Assembly (NCBI GenBank): GCA_049678105.1
Contig: JBAUDN010000011.1
Coordinates: 1 to 24,150, forward strand
Reading direction: 5' to 3'
Length of the DNA: 24,150 bases
Source of the DNA: Microgenomates group bacterium
GTDB taxonomy: Bacteria; Patescibacteriota; Microgenomatia; UBA8517
A program made the position numbers and the translations under genes. Positions 1 to 7,956 of this stretch are shown piece after piece. Position 1 is the stretch's first letter. Each line of letters opens with the position of its first letter. The notes beneath the pieces are model-generated. The model searched no databases. It had not been told where the DNA came from and was given only the letters and a program-made list of their open reading frames with translations.

Positions 1-183
1 GGAAACATCTGCTTTTGCCGTTACCGACTCTCCTGAATTTTTAAAATACACCGTATCACCCCTTTTTATTTTTCCCCAAGGAACCTTTTTTGCCTTATAC
101 CATCTACTTTCAATTGTTTTTCTTCCACTCAAAATCTTATCAATAAACCCCCACTCTTTTTTCATAAAGGCTAAATGATGCAT
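1..183 (-). CDS. ASCH (ASC-1 homology/PUA-like) domain protein, 5' part; runs off the window start
   Basis: Not in the ORF track. Manual translation from ATG at 183 gives MHHLAFMKKEWGFIDKILSGRKTIESRWYKAKKVPWGKIKRGDTVYFKNSGESVTAKADVS, open to position 1. It contains the ASCH GxKxxExR motif (SGRKTIESR) and a downstream GD-x-V-x-F strand. Confidence 0.85.
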   Translation of the reverse strand, partial: MHHLAFMKKEWGFIDKILSGRKTIESRWYKAKKVPWGKIKRGDTVYFKNSGESVTAKADVS

Positions 184-190
184 TAAGGAT

Positions 191-200
191 ATTGTATACT
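191..200. promoter_or_regulatory. Putative bidirectional -10 core (TACAAT on -, TATACT on +)
   Basis: ATTGTATACT lies in a 23-bp gap between divergent ATGs. The hexamers are 7 nt and 6 nt from their respective ATGs. Confidence 0.6.
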
Positions 201-206
201 GAAATA

Positions 207-1529
207 ATGCCTAATCAATTCACTACTAGTTTATGGGGAGATGAGGCTTTTTCTGCTGTTCTTTCAAAAGATTCCATTTTAAGAATAATTGATGTTTCTG
301 CTCGAGATACTTATCCACCTCTTTATAACATCACTGAACATATTCTGTTCCAGCTCTTTGGAAACTCTGAAATAGCAATCCGCTCACTTTCCTTCCTTTA
401 CTTTTTATTAACAGTCTTTTTTGTATATAAAATTGGAACTTTTCTCTGGAATAAAAGGGTTGGGATAACAGCAGCAGCCTTAACTTTTCTTAATCCCTTT
501 TTCTTCATCTACGCCTTTGAAGGGAGAATGTATTCCATTTTAGCTTTGGGAGTCACTGCCTCAATGTACTTTTTCTTAAAATTGTCTAAAAAAGAACATG
601 GAGCTTGGATTGGTTATGTATTGTCAACAGCTTGGGCTCTTTATTCCCATCACTTCTCAATGTTTGCCTTATTTGTACAAGGAATTTGGTTTTTGTATGA
701 ATATGTTTTCGGAAAAAGAAAAGTTGCCATTAGTATGTTTAAAGCTTTTATCGCCATTGGCATTCTTTATCTTCCATGGACAATTCCGCTTTACAATCAA
801 GCCACGAGAGTTGGGGGTGGATTTTGGTTGGGAACTCCAACCCTGAAAGATTTTGGAGGAGTAATTAGTGAATTTCTTGCAAACGGAATCAAGCATCCTT
901 TTGCAATACCAGCACTTTATTTAACTTATTTAGCTCTCCTCATCAGAAATTGGATAAAAGGTTTTCGAAAGTCTTTATTCCTTGTTATGTGGTTTCTGCT
1001 GCCTATTTTGTTAACTTGGGTTATTTCGCAAAAGTTTCAATCAATATTTTTCAATCGGTATCTTTTATATGCCATCCCCGGAGCAATGTTAATTCTTGCC
1101 TCAAACTGGAGAAAGCCAGTCTCAAATGTTTTAATCGCAATGGTTCTAATATTTTTTGCAATTATTGACTTTAACTACTTCACTCACCCTACTAAAAAAC
1201 CCTTTAAAGAGTTCGCTAATTTTGTTAAAGAAGCTCGCCAAGAAGGAGACTTCCTTCTTAACTGGAACGCAGCAAGTCATCACATTTGGGAATCTAAATA
1301 TTATGGAATTCCAGCACCTATTTACGTACCGGAAGGTGAGTTGCCTTTTTATGTTGGCACGGCTCAAATGAGGGATGAAGATATTTTGCGAGAAATTCCT
1401 AAAAACATTGAACGGGTAGGGGTTATTACAAGCGGAGATATTGCCGAGATTGATTTACCCAACTATACTGAAAAAGAAGCCCAAATCTTCGGCGATCTTA
1501 AATTTATATGGTATCAAAGAAAATTCTAA
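207..1529 (+). CDS. GT-C fold membrane glycosyltransferase (GT39/PMT_2, ArnT-like)
   Basis: LWGDEAFS (DE motif), YPPLY, IRSLS, EGRMYS and RYLL motifs; about 10 TM helices and a soluble C-terminal domain. ATG at 207 is preferred to TTG at 192, which overlaps the -10 box. Confidence 0.8.
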   Translation: MPNQFTTSLWGDEAFSAVLSKDSILRIIDVSARDTYPPLYNITEHILFQLFGNSEIAIRSLSFLYFLLTVFFVYKIGTFLWNKRVGITAAALTFLNPFFFIYAFEGRMYSILALGVTASMYFFLKLSKKEHGAWIGYVLSTAWALYSHHFSMFALFVQGIWFLYEYVFGKRKVAISMFKAFIAIGILYLPWTIPLYNQATRVGGGFWLGTPTLKDFGGVISEFLANGIKHPFAIPALYLTYLALLIRNWIKGFRKSLFLVMWFLLPILLTWVISQKFQSIFFNRYLLYAIPGAMLILASNWRKPVSNVLIAMVLIFFAIIDFNYFTHPTKKPFKEFANFVKEARQEGDFLLNWNAASHHIWESKYYGIPAPIYVPEGELPFYVGTAQMRDEDILREIPKNIERVGVITSGDIAEIDLPNYTEKEAQIFGDLKFIWYQRKF

Positions 1530-3031
1530 AAAGATTCCTGAAGAAAATCCATCTCCCGTTATGGCTGACTATTCTCCTTGCAATTGTATTAATCTTGAGA
1601 ATTCCCTCCTTTTTTGAGCCATATTCATATGGGGACGAAATGATTTACTTAACCCTTGGCGAGGCCGTAAGGCAAAGGGTACCTCTTTACAAAGGAATGC
1701 ACGACAACAAACCGCCCCTTCTTTATATTACTGCTGCCATTGCCGGAAGTCTTTTCTGGTTTAAGGTGATTTTAGCCTTCTGGATGCTTGCTACCATAAT
1801 TGTCTTTTGGAAATTTGCCCAAGCTCTTTTCCCTAAAAAAGGCAAGCTTCATAAAGTTGCCACAATAATCTTTGCCGTTCTTACCACTCTTCCGCTTCTT
1901 GAGGGAAACATTGTTAATTCTGAACTTTTTATGGCTGGGCCGATAATTGCCGCCTTTCTTATCCTCTTTACCAAAAAGCTTAATTTCAAAAATATTTTCG
2001 CTGCCGGAATGCTTTTCTCAATTGCAACTCTCTTTAAAATACCTGCCGCTTTTGATATACCAGCAATCGTATTTTTATGGCTGGTAATGGCAGGGTTTAA
2101 GGTTAAAAAGCTCAAAGAAGTCGCCAGAAACACTGCTTTTCTACTGCTTGGCTTTATTGCTCCAATTGCAGTAACTTTCGCTTGGTATTTCCTTAGAGGT
2201 GCCTTTAGTGAGTATTTAATCGCCGCCTTCTTGCAAAATTTCGGATATTTATCCAGCTGGAGGCCGGAAGATGTTGCAAAACCATTTCTAGCAAGAAACG
2301 GTCCTCTTTTGATAAGAACAGGTATAGTTGCACTAGGTTTGGGTCTTTTGTACTGGAAAAAGAAGAAATTATCAAAACAGTTTATTTTTATAACCGCATG
2401 GCTTTTGTTTTCACTTTTTGCGATAACACTATCTGAGCGTCCTTATCCTCACTATTTGATTCAAGCTGTGCCTGCAATTTCCTTTTTCTTTGCAATTTTG
2501 TTTGTCGACAGATCAATAGAGCAATCTCTTGTAATCATACCTTTAGCCCTAACCTTTTTTGTCCCTGTTTACTTTAAATTCTGGTATTACCCCACTGCCT
2601 CCTATTACCTTCGCTTCGCCCGTTTTGCAACTGGCCAAATAGACCGAAAGGAGTACTTGACTACCTTTGGTGGTCACGTCTTGCGAAACTATGAAATTGC
2701 AGAGTTTCTTGTCCAATCAACTAAAAAAGATGACAGAATCTTCATCTGGGGAGACAACTCATCAATCTATGCATTATCACGCCGACTTCCGCCAATAAAA
2801 TATGTTGCAGATTATCATATTAGAGACTTCTCAAGCCCCGAAAAGACCGTAGAAGACCTGAATAAAAATCTGCCTAAACAGATAATCATCCTCCCGAAAG
2901 CCCCTGGTTTCCCTGAACTTCTTCCCCTTTTGAGAGAAAATTATATCCTCAACACAGAAATTGATGCCGCTGAAATTTGGAACCGAATTTCTCCTGAAGT
3001 TAAAGCGTCATTGCCCCCTAATGCCTTTTGA
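1508..3031 (+). CDS. GT-C fold membrane glycosyltransferase (GT39/ArnT-like)
   Basis: YGDEMIY, HDNKPPLLY, NSELF, LFKIPA and YPHYLIQ motifs; multi-TM protein with a C-terminal extracytoplasmic domain (IFIWG..IYALSRR). Confidence 0.75.
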   Translation: MVSKKILKRFLKKIHLPLWLTILLAIVLILRIPSFFEPYSYGDEMIYLTLGEAVRQRVPLYKGMHDNKPPLLYITAAIAGSLFWFKVILAFWMLATIIVFWKFAQALFPKKGKLHKVATIIFAVLTTLPLLEGNIVNSELFMAGPIIAAFLILFTKKLNFKNIFAAGMLFSIATLFKIPAAFDIPAIVFLWLVMAGFKVKKLKEVARNTAFLLLGFIAPIAVTFAWYFLRGAFSEYLIAAFLQNFGYLSSWRPEDVAKPFLARNGPLLIRTGIVALGLGLLYWKKKKLSKQFIFITAWLLFSLFAITLSERPYPHYLIQAVPAISFFFAILFVDRSIEQSLVIIPLALTFFVPVYFKFWYYPTASYYLRFARFATGQIDRKEYLTTFGGHVLRNYEIAEFLVQSTKKDDRIFIWGDNSSIYALSRRLPPIKYVADYHIRDFSSPEKTVEDLNKNLPKQIIILPKAPGFPELLPLLRENYILNTEIDAAEIWNRISPEVKASLPPNAF

Positions 3032-3048
3032 ATTACAATCAGGCAAAT

Positions 3049-3474
3049 ATGAAAAAAGGAAGCAAGCCGCAGGCAATATATTTCCCAAGCAAGAGTGTTA
3101 AAAAGCTCTGGGAAGAAAAAATTGCTAAAAACAGAGGGCTGCTGACTGAAAATATTCCATTTAAAAATTTTGTTGGTGCTGCTTTCTTGGTAAATATAAT
3201 AATGATTGCCCTAGTCCTCCTTGTTCAAAGTTTTCTTCCTCCGCAAATCCCTCTCTATTACGGCCTTCCAGAAGGAGAGGGACAGCTTGTCTCATCTTTA
3301 ATGCTGGTTGCTCCAAGTCTAATTTCTCTTTTGATTCTTGCCATCAATATTTCCATTTCTTACTTTCTAAAGGAAGAGTTTTTCAAAAAGACTTTTATTC
3401 TAGTTTCTATTGGAGTAACCATTTTTTCTGCAATAACAACAATTAAAATTATTTTGTTAACAGGGAGTTTTTAG
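3049..3474 (+). CDS. Small 3-TM membrane protein (DUF1648-like)
   Basis: TM-LPPQIPLYYGLPEGE-TM-TM pattern. ATG at 3049 lies 9 nt after TACAAT (3034-3039). Confidence 0.6.
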   Translation: MKKGSKPQAIYFPSKSVKKLWEEKIAKNRGLLTENIPFKNFVGAAFLVNIIMIALVLLVQSFLPPQIPLYYGLPEGEGQLVSSLMLVAPSLISLLILAINISISYFLKEEFFKKTFILVSIGVTIFSAITTIKIILLTGSF

Positions 3475-3483
3475 GCTAATTTC

Positions 3484-4560
3484 ATGTCAAATATTTTTGA
3501 ATTAGCAATATTACCGGGTTTGGTTTCTCTTTCCGTTGCCTATGTTGTTACACCTTTTGTTATTAAGCTTGCGAAGAGATTCGGAATAATTGATGACCCA
3601 AAGAAAAGCAAACATCCAAAGGTAATCCATACTTATCCTGTTCCAAGAGGAGGAGGGCTACCCATATTTCTTGCAATTTTTATCACCAGCCTCCTTTTTC
3701 TTCCTTTGGACAAACATTTAAGGGGCATCCTTGCAGGAACCCTTGTCTTGGCTGTTATGGGAATCTTAGATGACAAATATAATCTTAGCCCTTATTTAAG
3801 ACTTCTCATTGGCCTTTTTGCCGCTGGCCTTCCCATAATAGGAGGGATTGGAATTTCTTTTATCTCAAACCCTTTTAACGGAATAATTGATCTGTCTCAT
3901 CCCCAGATAGCCTTTGAGCTTTTTGGAGAGATTCGAACTATTTGGATAATCTCCGATTTTTTTGCCCTTCTTTGGATTGTTTTCCTGATGAACATGCTTA
4001 ATATGGGAGCAAAAGGTATTGACGGACAATTACCCGGAGTTTCTGCAATTGCAGCTATCACAATTGCCGCTCTATCTTTGAAATTTTCGGCAGATATTGC
4101 CCAATGGCCAGTTATTATACTTGCCGCAATCACTGCTGGTGCGTTCCTGGGGTTCCTACCATGGAATTTTTACCCACAAAAAATAATGCCGGGCTATGGT
4201 GGCTCAACATTGGCAGGATATCTTCTGGCAGTTTTATCAATTCTTTCTACTACAAAAGTTGGAACCTTAATGGTAGTACTTGGAGTACCTCTGGTTGATA
4301 CAGGATACACTATTGTGCGACGTACCCTAGCAGGAAAGTCTCCTGTTTGGGGCGATCGCAAGCATCTTCATCACAAGCTTCTTGATGCCGGTTTATCTAA
4401 AAAACAGGTTTCGGCTTTCTACTGGTTAGTCACTGCTCTTCTTGGCTGTCTAGCCCTTTATTTGAACACTTCAAGCAAGTTGTATACAATTATCGGAGTA
4501 GCAATCCTGGTTGGAGGTTTACTTCTGTGGCTAACTTACCGACCCAAATCATTAAAGTAG
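3484..4560 (+). CDS. MraY/WecA/TagO family polyprenyl-phosphate hexosamine-1-phosphate transferase, divergent active site
   Basis: H..PVPRGGG, GILDD, GIDG, GFLPWNFYP.KI and DRKHLHHKL motifs; about 11 TM helices. Confidence 0.85.
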   Translation: MSNIFELAILPGLVSLSVAYVVTPFVIKLAKRFGIIDDPKKSKHPKVIHTYPVPRGGGLPIFLAIFITSLLFLPLDKHLRGILAGTLVLAVMGILDDKYNLSPYLRLLIGLFAAGLPIIGGIGISFISNPFNGIIDLSHPQIAFELFGEIRTIWIISDFFALLWIVFLMNMLNMGAKGIDGQLPGVSAIAAITIAALSLKFSADIAQWPVIILAAITAGAFLGFLPWNFYPQKIMPGYGGSTLAGYLLAVLSILSTTKVGTLMVVLGVPLVDTGYTIVRRTLAGKSPVWGDRKHLHHKLLDAGLSKKQVSAFYWLVTALLGCLALYLNTSSKLYTIIGVAILVGGLLLWLTYRPKSLK

Positions 4561-5462
4561 CAAGACCGGTACACTGGATTAAAAATCTGGCGCTTTTTGC
4601 TGCCTTGGTTTTCAGTCACCAACTTTTTGTAGAAATTCAATTCATAAAAGTTGTCTGGGCATTTATTGCCTTCAATTTCGTAGCCTCGGCAGCTTATATT
4701 TTTAACGATGTTTTAGATGCAAAATCAGACAGACTTCATCCAATCAAAAAAAACCGGCCAGTGGCCTCTGAAAAACTACCTGTATCCGTTGCATTGCCTA
4801 CTGCTTTTGTTTTTGCTTTGGCCGCTCTTTTCCTGGCCGCAGGTCTGAATACTTTATTTTTCTTTTCGATTGCAGGCTATCTCATACTCCAAATTGCCTA
4901 CAGTTTAGCTCTTAAGAATTTTGTTATTATTGACATTCTTGTTATTGCCGCCGGTTTTATCATAAGGGTCTATGCCGGTGCCTTTGTTATTGACGCCCAT
5001 CTTTCGGTATGGTTCTTGCTCTGCGTAATCTCATTAGCACTTTTTCTAGCTTCAGGGAAAAGGCGTGCGGAACTAAATCTTATTCAATCTGCTTCGGATC
5101 TGACAAGAAAAAATCTAACGAAATATAAGAGAGAGCTCCTCAATTCCTACGTAACTATGTTTGGGAGCGCTGCCTGGATGAGTTGGGCACTTTACAGCTT
5201 TTTTGAATCTCCTAAAGCATCTCTTCCTGTCTGGCTCTTTTTGGCAGAACTTTCCCGCACCACGACTATAAATAAACTACTCATGATTACCATACCAATT
5301 GTCATTTTTGGGATTATGAGATACCAAAATCTTATATTTGAGGGCCGATCTGAGGCACCTGAAAAACTTCTTTTAACAGACAAGGCACTGATCGCTTCTG
5401 TGATTCTCTATGTAGGTCTTGTAATTTGGATCTTTTATGGCGGAATAACGGTAATAGCTTAA
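4527..5462 (+). CDS. UbiA prenyltransferase family, polyprenyl-phosphate phosphoribosyltransferase (Rv3806c-like)
   Basis: RPVHWIKN, YIFNDVLD..SDRLHPIKKNRPVAS, YSLALK, DILVIAAGFIIR and KRRAEL motifs. GTG start overlaps the upstream gene. Confidence 0.85.
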   Translation: MANLPTQIIKVARPVHWIKNLALFAALVFSHQLFVEIQFIKVVWAFIAFNFVASAAYIFNDVLDAKSDRLHPIKKNRPVASEKLPVSVALPTAFVFALAALFLAAGLNTLFFFSIAGYLILQIAYSLALKNFVIIDILVIAAGFIIRVYAGAFVIDAHLSVWFLLCVISLALFLASGKRRAELNLIQSASDLTRKNLTKYKRELLNSYVTMFGSAAWMSWALYSFFESPKASLPVWLFLAELSRTTTINKLLMITIPIVIFGIMRYQNLIFEGRSEAPEKLLLTDKALIASVILYVGLVIWIFYGGITVIA

Positions 5463-5472
5463 TTGTCTAAAG

Positions 5473-6363
5473 TTAAGACGAGGGCGTTGGAGTTGGACTT
5501 GCAGTTGGAGTTGGTGAAGCTTCTTCCTCTTCGTCCACGGGTTCTACTTTTTTTGCATACTGATTGGAAACCCAACCTTCTTTGTCTTTTTCATACTCAA
5601 TCTTAAACCAACCCGTATCTTCATCTTGCTCTATATATGGATAACGCTCGCCGGGAGAAACTTGTCCTATCTCCTCACCCAGCCTTGAGGGCTCACTTCT
5701 CACTCTCAAAAAACCTGTCGGTGTTGAAAGGATTTCTACTTCTTCCTGTTTTGGTTCCTCCACTTCGTTCTCTTCAAGTGGTAATTCTTCCCCACTAGGT
5801 TTTAATTTAACCACTGCTGTCAATTTATAGCCCTCAATTGTCTTTATAGAAATCGCCCTTTCTAAATATCCCGGTGCAAGAATTATTATCTGATGCTGGC
5901 CAGGAACAATAGATGATGTTTTATAAGGAGCAAATCCGCGAATTGAGCCATCGATTGAAATCTGGGCCGAGTCCGGAATTGAAACAACAGAAAGACTTGT
6001 CTCCTTCCCACCCACTTTCTCAAAAGAAATAATCTCACCAGCAGATGCTTCATCAGACTCCCCAAATTCACGCCTCAGTACAGTCTCAATACCAGAAACA
6101 AGAGTCACTTTGGTCTCAAAAGGTGCAAGGGGTGTCTCAAAGGATTCCGGTATAAGCTTTATTACAATCTCACCAGGCTTTCGTGTAGTTTCATATGGAG
6201 TACGGCCAACCTGCTCACCGTCAATAGATACTGTAGCGGATGGTGTTGTTTCAACAAGTAGACCTGCTGATTTGGGCTTAAAGGCTCCGACAAAGAAAAA
6301 AACAGCAGCAAGAATCAAGCCTATTCCAATCAGAGCTATTATTATAGTTCTCAACTTTCTCAT
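5473..6363 (-). CDS. Membrane-anchored PEGA-domain protein with C-terminal bacterial SH3 domain
   Basis: N-terminal TM; two PEGA-like repeats (TPSATVSIDGEQVGRTP; IPDSAQISIDG..RGFAP); SH3b (FLRVRSEPS...GWFKI...GWVS); Pro/Thr tail. ATG at 6363 is preferred over the ORF-track start. Confidence 0.85.
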   Translation of the reverse strand: MRKLRTIIIALIGIGLILAAVFFFVGAFKPKSAGLLVETTPSATVSIDGEQVGRTPYETTRKPGEIVIKLIPESFETPLAPFETKVTLVSGIETVLRREFGESDEASAGEIISFEKVGGKETSLSVVSIPDSAQISIDGSIRGFAPYKTSSIVPGQHQIIILAPGYLERAISIKTIEGYKLTAVVKLKPSGEELPLEENEVEEPKQEEVEILSTPTGFLRVRSEPSRLGEEIGQVSPGERYPYIEQDEDTGWFKIEYEKDKEGWVSNQYAKKVEPVDEEEEASPTPTASPTPTPSS

Positions 6364-6396
6364 TAACGCGTAGCAGTTTATCAAAAACAAGACTAC

Positions 6397-6425
6397 TTGA
6401 CAACACTCTCCCCTCCTATTATTTA
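6397..6425 (+). promoter_or_regulatory. Putative sigma70 promoter directly upstream of CIRCE
   Basis: Perfect TTGACA at 6397-6402 followed by AT-rich TATTATTTAA from 6417. The -10 register is ambiguous. Confidence 0.45.
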
Positions 6426-6426
6426 A

Positions 6427-6453
6427 TTGGCACTCAAAGTACTGGAGTGCTAA
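6427..6453. promoter_or_regulatory. CIRCE element (HrcA operator)
   Basis: TTGGCACTC-AAAGTACTG-GAGTGCTAA matches consensus TTAGCACTC-N9-GAGTGCTAA at 17 of 18 positions. Confidence 0.85.
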
Positions 6454-6468
6454 GAGGGGCTTGGAGGC

Positions 6469-6497
6469 TTGTCTTTTGAGGCTAAGTGGGTTAAAAT
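6469..6497 (+). promoter_or_regulatory. Putative promoter of tRNA-Cys
   Basis: TTGTCT-17 nt-TAAAAT, ending 11 nt before the tRNA. Confidence 0.6.
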
Positions 6498-6508
6498 ATC
6501 ACTTGCTT

Positions 6509-6579
6509 GGCCCCGTGGCAGAGAAGATATGCACTGGTCTGCAAAACCAGGTACACCGGTGCGATTCCGGTCGGGGCCT
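6509..6579 (+). tRNA. tRNA-Cys (GCA)
   Basis: Acceptor stem GGCCCCG/CGGGGCC; D stem GCA/TGC; anticodon stem CTGGT/ACCAG with loop CT-GCA-AA; T stem ACCGG/CCGGT; U73 discriminator typical of Cys; CCA not encoded. Confidence 0.95.
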
Positions 6580-6585
6580 CAAAAC

Positions 6586-6614
6586 TTGATTTTTTGAATT
6601 TCATGATATAGAAT
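6586..6614 (+). promoter_or_regulatory. Putative promoter upstream of the M23 leader
   Basis: TTGATT-17 nt-TAGAAT. Confidence 0.55.
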
Positions 6615-6620
6615 CATCGC

Positions 6621-6645
6621 ATCTCGCAGAAATGCGAGATTTTTT
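6621..6645 (+). terminator. Intrinsic terminator-like hairpin
   Basis: ATCTCGCA-GAAA-TGCGAGAT, a perfect 8-bp stem with a GNRA loop, followed by TTTTT. Confidence 0.65.
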
Positions 6646-6720
6646 AATGGCCTTTTATAGGCTCGCCCAGAGCTGATTGCCCTGGGTTTTTCGTTTGCCT
6701 CGCACGTAAGACGAGGCACT

Positions 6721-7389
6721 ATGATACGATTATCTTTTGATCTACCTAAAAAGCGCCGTCTTGATTTACATCTTGTAAAAAGGCGAAAAGCTCCGCTTGA
6801 AAAACCCTTAATACCTAACATGGGTGAGGTTTTGCGTGCAAGAAAAGGAAGTAGGGTATCACGCTTCTTCAGACACATATTTGAACACAAAAGGATTAAA
6901 AAGGTTTTAGGTACAAATATTGCTCTAATAATCATTGCAAGCTCGTTTGTGCCGACGGAAGCAAATTTTGATGTAGAACCCGATAAAACAGTCATTATTC
7001 AAGAAACAACTCCCCTTGCAACAGAACGTGGCATCCAGTATCCCGTTGAAGAGATAAAAATCACCCAGGGTTATAAATTCTATCACCCTGGAATTGATTT
7101 AGATGGAATTACCGGTGACACTATCCGACCTATCATGGCTGGAATGATTGAAAATGTCTCATATTCCCGTTTTGCTTATGGAAATGCCATATTAGTAAAT
7201 CACGGAAACGGAGTAACCTCTCTTTATGCCCATCTTTCAAAAATAAATGTAAATGGAGGTCAAAAAGTCACCACAGATACTAAAATTGGAGAAATGGGGT
7301 CAACCGGTCGTGCTTTTGGAGACCATTTGCACCTGGAGATTCGCGATCACGACTACCCAATCAATCCTTTGGCTGTACTACCACGATAA
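6721..7389 (+). CDS. M23 family metallopeptidase, membrane anchored
   Basis: HPGID (HxxxD), YGNAI, SLYAHL, IGEMGSTG and HLHLE (HxH) motifs, ending INP. A hydrophobic stretch follows a basic N-terminus. The start could alternatively be ATG 6820. Confidence 0.9.
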   Translation: MIRLSFDLPKKRRLDLHLVKRRKAPLEKPLIPNMGEVLRARKGSRVSRFFRHIFEHKRIKKVLGTNIALIIIASSFVPTEANFDVEPDKTVIIQETTPLATERGIQYPVEEIKITQGYKFYHPGIDLDGITGDTIRPIMAGMIENVSYSRFAYGNAILVNHGNGVTSLYAHLSKINVNGGQKVTTDTKIGEMGSTGRAFGDHLHLEIRDHDYPINPLAVLPR

Positions 7390-7404
7390 GAAATTGTTCC
7401 TCTT

Positions 7405-7917
7405 TCAGGGTAGTTTTGCTATTTCATAAGATATCACTTTGTTATTTCCGTCAAAACTAAACCATGCTTCAATTTTTTCTCCTTCAAGAACTTTTGGAAA
7501 CCAAAGAGGATCATCATCCCACATGCTGTCAAAAGGAAGGTTTAAAACATTGAACCACTGCGGCCGCATTTCTTCCGACTCTTCAGGCTCCCTTGTCCAT
7601 TTACTTGCAACAAACACATGTACATCTTGATTCCAGTCTGCTTTATTCGGATCATCTGGAAAGTAAAAATGAAGCAGTGCAACTTTCTCTAAATCTTTTG
7701 GTACTACGTTTATCTCTTCTTGGGTTTCTCTTTTTGCAGCTTTTTCTAAAGACTCTCTCCGGCCTATCTTTCCACCCACACCATTCCATAGCCCTTTACC
7801 GAATCCTCTTTTCTTTATTGCAAGAAGTACTTCCCTGTCCTCTCCCTCTCCTCGAACCAGAAACACTAACGTCGCTTGTTGTACGCTTCTTGGATCCCTT
7901 TCTTTATTTTTAACCAT
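7405..7917 (-). CDS. Nudix hydrolase, MTH1/NUDT1-like (probable oxidised-purine triphosphatase)
   Basis: KKRGFGKGLWNGVGGK, Nudix box (G..ES...AAKRETQEE), ESEEMRPQWF and MWDDD. Confidence 0.88.
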   Translation of the reverse strand: MVKNKERDPRSVQQATLVFLVRGEGEDREVLLAIKKRGFGKGLWNGVGGKIGRRESLEKAAKRETQEEINVVPKDLEKVALLHFYFPDDPNKADWNQDVHVFVASKWTREPEESEEMRPQWFNVLNLPFDSMWDDDPLWFPKVLEGEKIEAWFSFDGNNKVISYEIAKLP

Positions 7918-7956
7918 AATAAACTAATTATACAAAGAGGAAGCTTATCATCTCTT

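Noticed and set aside
6560..6600. tRNA 3' end as an integration site
   Set aside because: No integrase and no duplicated tRNA end seen in the window.
6579..6995. 138-aa - strand ORF
   Set aside because: Antisense to the M23 gene and its leader, with no recognisable features.
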